Source: an uncultured delta proteobacterium
Lineage (GTDB): Bacteria > Desulfobacterota > Binatia > Binatales > Binataceae
Direction: 5' to 3'
DNA: 64,000 nucleotides
Assembly (NCBI GenBank): GCA_963832395.1
Contig: CAWHTV010000003.1
Location: forward strand, 199,323-263,322
This document shows positions 60,459 through 64,000 of the stretch, piece after piece. Position 1 is the stretch's first letter, and each line of letters starts with the position of its first letter. The position numbers and the translations under genes were made by a program. The notes under the pieces were generated by a model. That model had not been told where the DNA came from. It searched no databases and was given only the letters and a program-made list of their open reading frames with translations.

Positions 60459-60919
60459 CGCACTGTCCTCCTGTCAAGCTGTCAGACGTTTACTCGTACA
60501 GATACTTTCTACGCGTAAAAACGATCGCGCCGCAGCCCCGGCGACGCTGATGTGTTCAAATGACTCGGCACAGCAGTTTCACGGGCAAGCCCTCCAATGC
60601 TTCCAAAAAATATGCGAAGCCAGGCAAGAGCCTTCCGGGCGAGCCTTCGATACTTGTTCTTTTGAGGTTGGTCTAGCGAGACGTTGGTCAAAGGCGAGCG
60701 GAAGGGCCACCGTGGAGCTGGATCAAGCTCGGACTCGACTCCTATATCGATCCCGATTCATCCACTTTACATTGGACGTCATGCAAGAGCCACCTCAGGG
60801 CTCCCCGATTTGGTTATGTCGAGAACCAGAAATGCCGCTTCAAGAAGCCATCCGGATTGCTTCAGCAGGCCCCGCCAAGATCCCGAACGCAACTGCCCCC
60901 GCGAGTTGCTAGGTCACAG

Positions 60920-61342
60920 CTACTGCCGTGATTCGTCGAACCCATATTTAAGCTGACGCTGGTAAGCAGTATTGTCGAAGTGACCCTGTGACTCGACGAT
61001 CAGTCCGTCAACACCGATCTTCCATACTTCGAACCCGCTGATGCGAATTCGCTTTCCAGTCCCGCCCGGGCCAGCGTTGGTACCGGCGAGTGTCCAATGA
61101 TAAACGGCGCGGTCGTCCTCAACGAGGACGTTGTCCATCATCACCTCTATATCCGGAAAAGCGGTCATGAATCCCTGAGCAACCTCTCCGATCGCACTTC
61201 GCCCCACTGCCGGAACTTGATCGTTGACACTGAGCGAGCCATTCGGTGAGTAGAACGCGGCCACGCTCGCCGGGTCTTTACTACACCACGCCGCGGTATA
61301 ACGCTTTGCAAAATCTCGCAACTGCGCTGGGTCAATTTTCAT
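60920..61342 (-). CDS. SnoaL-like / ester-cyclase NTF2-fold protein
   Basis: The internal ATG at 61342 gives MKIDPAQLRDFAKRYTAAWCSKDPASVAAFYSPNGSLSVNDQ...GRSAIGEVAQGFMTAFPDIEVMMDNVLVEDDRAVYHWTLAGTN...ISGFEVWKIG, matching the SnoaL-like polyketide-cyclase fold family. Confidence 0.7.
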   Translation of the reverse strand: MKIDPAQLRDFAKRYTAAWCSKDPASVAAFYSPNGSLSVNDQVPAVGRSAIGEVAQGFMTAFPDIEVMMDNVLVEDDRAVYHWTLAGTNAGPGGTGKRIRISGFEVWKIGVDGLIVESQGHFDNTAYQRQLKYGFDESRQ

Positions 61343-61416
61343 AAAGTGTTTTTTACGTTGCTTCCTACTAGCTCCAGACTCACGTTCCGCATTTAGTCCT
61401 GTGGCTATCAAAGCTT

Positions 61417-61614
61417 TCACTTAAGGTTAGGAATGCGAAGGCCTTGGATAGGACCGATCAGACCAAACACTTGTAATAGCCATATCAATACGACCACGAA
61501 TACCACGATATTGAGCAGGCTTTTGATCGCACCCGCCATCGGAATGTAGGTATTGATGAGCCAGAGGATCAGGCCGACTACGACTAGAACCACGACGATG
61601 CCTACTAGGGTCAT
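61417..61614 (-). CDS. small two-TM membrane protein (resembles Thivi_2564-type family)
   Basis: 65-aa ORF: MTLVGIVVVLVVVGLILWLINTYIPMAGAIKSLLNIVVFVVVLIWLLQVFGLIG. The ...WLINTYIPM..IK..LN.VV... pattern recalls a conserved tiny membrane protein family. Confidence 0.55.
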   Translation of the reverse strand: MTLVGIVVVLVVVGLILWLINTYIPMAGAIKSLLNIVVFVVVLIWLLQVFGLIGPIQGLRIPNLK

Positions 61615-61660
61615 CGGTAAGCCTCCTGTTGAGATTGGGTTCGAACAAACGCGCTAACTC

Positions 61661-61885
61661 TCAGCGCCTCTGGTAAAGTCCCGCGCCGATAAGAATGACG
61701 CCTAAAGCGAGTACCCCAGCACTCAAAGCCTGGGGAACCACGTGAGTGGATTGCTCGGTGCTCTGGATTTTCAGACCTCCCAATTTTGCCACGTCTTTGG
61801 TCTGCGACGTTGTAAACACGGGGATGGCCAATCCCGCGATCCCTAAAACAGCGAGCAGCGCCCCAAGCCATACAATCGATTTCAT
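61661..61885 (-). CDS. small membrane protein (74 aa, two hydrophobic helices)
   Basis: MKSIVWLGALLAVLGIAGLAIPVF...VVPQALSAGVLALGVILIGAGLYQRR. The gene is tightly spaced within the small-protein string. I cannot name a family. Confidence 0.5.
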   Translation of the reverse strand: MKSIVWLGALLAVLGIAGLAIPVFTTSQTKDVAKLGGLKIQSTEQSTHVVPQALSAGVLALGVILIGAGLYQRR

Positions 61886-62022
61886 CAGCGTCGCTCCTTG
61901 GCGCTAGGGGTTTGTCGCGACTCGCGAGACAGCCTCTGGCTGGGGCAGATCCGATTTCGTGTCGCGCCACTTTGCATTCGCACAAGCCGGCCTTACGTCA
62001 CGGACTACGCACCCCTGCTGAC

Positions 62023-62943
62023 TCACCAGGCTGCCACGGGCGGGACGCCGATGGCATTTCCGATCTTGTCCACGCGCACAATCAATTGCCGGCCTTGACG
62101 AATAACCAGGTGCTCGCGCTCCAATTCAGACAAATGCTCCGTGACTCTTGGCCGCGAAGCGCCGACGAGCTCGGCGATGTCCTGATGGCTGAACGATGGA
62201 CTCAGAAGCGTGCCGCGCGACTCTTTGACTCCAAAGTCTGAACATAGTTCAAGCAGCGTGATTGCGATACGTTCGTGAAGACCGAGGTTCAGGAAGCCGG
62301 AGCCGCGCAGCAGCAGTCGATACCACTGCTGCAAATCGTTCTCATGAAATTTCTTGAACGTCGAGTCTGAGCTGTGCGCCGTCATACGGTTAAAATCGTT
62401 CCAGTTGAGGCTGCCAACTCTGCAATCATGGTAAGCCTCGCACCGAAAGTCGAACCGGCTGAGCGGCAGCGAAGGAAACTCGAGGATCGGACCCGGCCTC
62501 AGCAGGGCGATCGTGACCCGTTCCCTGCGAGCATTGCGGCAGGTGATGCGCGCGATACCCCTTAACAGGATGTGCGCTTCCGATGCGAGCGCGGCTTCAC
62601 GCAGAATTACCTCAGGCCTCTTGAAGTCCGCGAGCGCAAGCGCGTCTGTCAGCAGCCTCAGCTCTGAAGTGGAGAGCCGCGAAAAGGCTTGCAGACTGCT
62701 CAGGTTTTCGAAGTCAGCGTCTGGGGGATTTCCTGTTCCATTCAAAGTCGCACCCCGTATGCTTCTTTGACGACCGTACGTCAGGCGGCTCGATAAGGCA
62801 AACGGAATGTCACCTGAAGAACAGTCTGGGGATCCCGCCTGGCACGACTCGCGGAAGGCATAAGACCGCTGACGAAGGTTATGGCGCGATGCGGTCTGAC
62901 GGGCTCTGCGCAAGAAACCTCTCCAGTTGTTCGCGTCTAACAA
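62023..62943 (-). CDS. Crp/Fnr-type transcriptional regulator (start uncertain; possibly TTG at 62745)
   Basis: The C-terminal HTH is SHQDIAELVGASRPRVTEHLSELEREHLVIRQGRQLIV. A beta-roll-like sensor region (ILLRGIARITCRNARRERVTIALLRPGPILEF) precedes it. The first 66 codons of the track ORF overlap the upstream paralogue and look non-coding. Confidence 0.7.
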   Translation of the reverse strand: MLDANNWRGFLRRARQTASRHNLRQRSYAFRESCQAGSPDCSSGDIPFALSSRLTYGRQRSIRGATLNGTGNPPDADFENLSSLQAFSRLSTSELRLLTDALALADFKRPEVILREAALASEAHILLRGIARITCRNARRERVTIALLRPGPILEFPSLPLSRFDFRCEAYHDCRVGSLNWNDFNRMTAHSSDSTFKKFHENDLQQWYRLLLRGSGFLNLGLHERIAITLLELCSDFGVKESRGTLLSPSFSHQDIAELVGASRPRVTEHLSELEREHLVIRQGRQLIVRVDKIGNAIGVPPVAAW

Positions 62944-63601
62944 TTAGCTGACGTCCGTCGCGCGCAATCAGATGCTTGCGCTCAAAGCTGGTGAGATACT
63001 CGGTCACTCGCGGACGTGAGGCCCCCGCCAGCTCGGCGAGATCCTTGTGCGTCGCTGGCACCGTTAGCCGCATTCCGCGTTGATCGGGCTGCCCAAAATT
63101 TTCGCTCAGCTCCAGCAGTATCAGTGCGACACGTTCCTCGAGGGTGCAGGACATGAAATTCGAGCAGCGCAACTGCACCAGATCCCATCGCCCAGAATAG
63201 CTGGCGGCCATGCGCGTGAAGTCCGCAGAGGCGATCCCCAGGGCGATTTTGATGAATGTCGCCAGCGTGACGGTTCCGATCTGACAGTCGGTAACCGCTT
63301 CGCAACGGAAGTTATATCTAATCCCGGTAACCGCCGGAGGAACGCCCGGGATCATGCCCGGCGCGACCATAATCAGCATCGTGCGATCGCCCTTGCGATT
63401 GCGGCATGTGATGCGCGCGACTCCCGAGAGCAAGACGTACGCAGATTCGGGAGCGCGTTTCTCATTGAAAATGATGCCGCGCTTTTTAACCCGGCTCATC
63501 ATGAGCGCTTCGGCGAGTCTGTTCAGTTGGCGCGAGGTGAGCCAGGAAATATTCTTAAGTCCCCGCAATCTTCGGATTCCTGACACTCCAACGGCGCGCA
63601 T
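62879..63601 (-). CDS. Crp/Fnr-type transcriptional regulator (paralogue of the downstream gene)
   Basis: 240-aa ORF: VLLSGVARITCRNRKGDRTMLIMVAPGMIPG...LEERVALILLELSENFG...THKDLAELAGASRPRVTEYLTSFERKHLIARDGRQLIV. Its domain order is the same as the neighbour's and it shares motifs with it (ARITCRN, GASRPRVTE, GRQLIVR). Confidence 0.8.
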   Translation of the reverse strand: MRAVGVSGIRRLRGLKNISWLTSRQLNRLAEALMMSRVKKRGIIFNEKRAPESAYVLLSGVARITCRNRKGDRTMLIMVAPGMIPGVPPAVTGIRYNFRCEAVTDCQIGTVTLATFIKIALGIASADFTRMAASYSGRWDLVQLRCSNFMSCTLEERVALILLELSENFGQPDQRGMRLTVPATHKDLAELAGASRPRVTEYLTSFERKHLIARDGRQLIVRREQLERFLAQSPSDRIAP

Positions 63602-63760
63602 GGCGTCAGTCTGACAGAGAGCGCTGGTAGTACATTTGGCGCACGTCGATCAATGCAAGAACCAGGATCGACCAACGGCAACTGACCAAGGCAACTGCAC
63701 GTCTACTTCAACGAGCCTCCAGCGATGCTGCATGGGCGCTAAGCGGTCCTAGTCCCCTAC

Positions 63761-63922
63761 TCACCGACACATCCCATCGCTCTGAAGCTGCGTCCCGGCC
63801 GGGCACGTAGTGGTGGTGGTCGTAGTGGTCTCCTGCTTTGGGTAGGATTCGAAGGGAGCACAACTCGCCAGCAACATCGCCTCCAACACCAACAGCAACA
63901 ACAGGCGAAGCTTTTTACTCAT
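63761..63922 (-). CDS. small predicted lipoprotein (53 aa)
   Basis: Found by hand. GGAGGGG lies upstream of the ATG at 63922. The protein is MSKKLRLLLLLVLEAMLLASCAPFESYPKQETTTTTTTTCPAGTQLQSDGMCR, with a signal peptide, a lipobox (LLASC) and a Thr-rich linker. Confidence 0.5.
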   Translation of the reverse strand: MSKKLRLLLLLVLEAMLLASCAPFESYPKQETTTTTTTTCPAGTQLQSDGMCR

Positions 63923-64000
63923 CAAGGCCCCTCCGTTTAGTCGACCACTCGACGACTCGCTACGACTACTCAGCCGACTCCGAGTAAAGTCAGCCTCGGT

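Noticed and set aside
60509-60912. Overlapping 60-aa (minus) and 120-aa (plus) ORFs between CsbD and the SnoaL-like gene
   Set aside because: They are mutually exclusive, neither has a convincing start context or family resemblance, and the region is more plausibly the csbD promoter region.

Overview
High-G+C bacterial chromosomal window with Gram-negative-type envelope genes (LolA-like, BON, DUF1329); I cannot assign a taxon from the sequence alone. I found no rRNA, tRNA or CRISPR array.

The window has four parts.

(1) 1-15.6 kb: cleanly readable metabolic genes.
- aldo/keto reductase and a YjbQ-family protein
- a coxMSL-like molybdo-flavoenzyme operon
- a membrane HEAT-repeat protein paired with a DUF1329 protein
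- an IclR-headed two-subunit Rieske oxygenase operon
- a cytochrome P450 remnant
- a B12-binding radical SAM enzyme and a proline iminopeptidase-family hydrolase

(2) 15.6-35 kb: transport and catabolic genes, many with broken reading frames.
- They include an APC permease, LLM oxidoreductase, nucleoside phosphorylase, amidase, cytosine-deaminase-like amidohydrolase, DSD1-type PLP enzyme, M24 peptidase and MBL hydrolase.
- At 20.8-26 kb this stretch is interrupted by an IS-rich patch that looks lower in G+C by eye.
- The patch holds a 5'-truncated IS3 copy abutting a truncated di-iron desaturase-like gene, an IS256-family element, an IS1595-family transposase, and orphan small ORFs, one with a HEPN-like Rx4H motif.

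(3) 35.3-58.8 kb, all on the minus strand: the most interesting content, a compact hybrid lipopeptide-type biosynthetic cluster.
- The line runs fatty acyl-AMP ligase (FAAL), then a carrier-KS-AT-DH-KR-ACP PKS module, then an NRPS part: C, a second C-like domain lacking the catalytic His pair, A-T, and C-A-T-TE.
- It is followed by MbtH, a type II thioesterase and an Sfp-type PPTase.
- It is preceded by two FtsX-type permeases, a LolA-like protein and a flippase-like membrane protein, with no ABC ATPase.
- The megasynthase is interrupted more than 20 times by small frame shifts, so it is either decaying or the sequence carries indel errors.

(4) 59-64 kb: small stress and envelope proteins (BON, CsbD, tiny membrane proteins, SnoaL-like) and two tandem paralogous Crp/Fnr-type regulators.

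All calls rest on reading the translated ORFs and on hand re-translation of selected stretches. No database search was possible.
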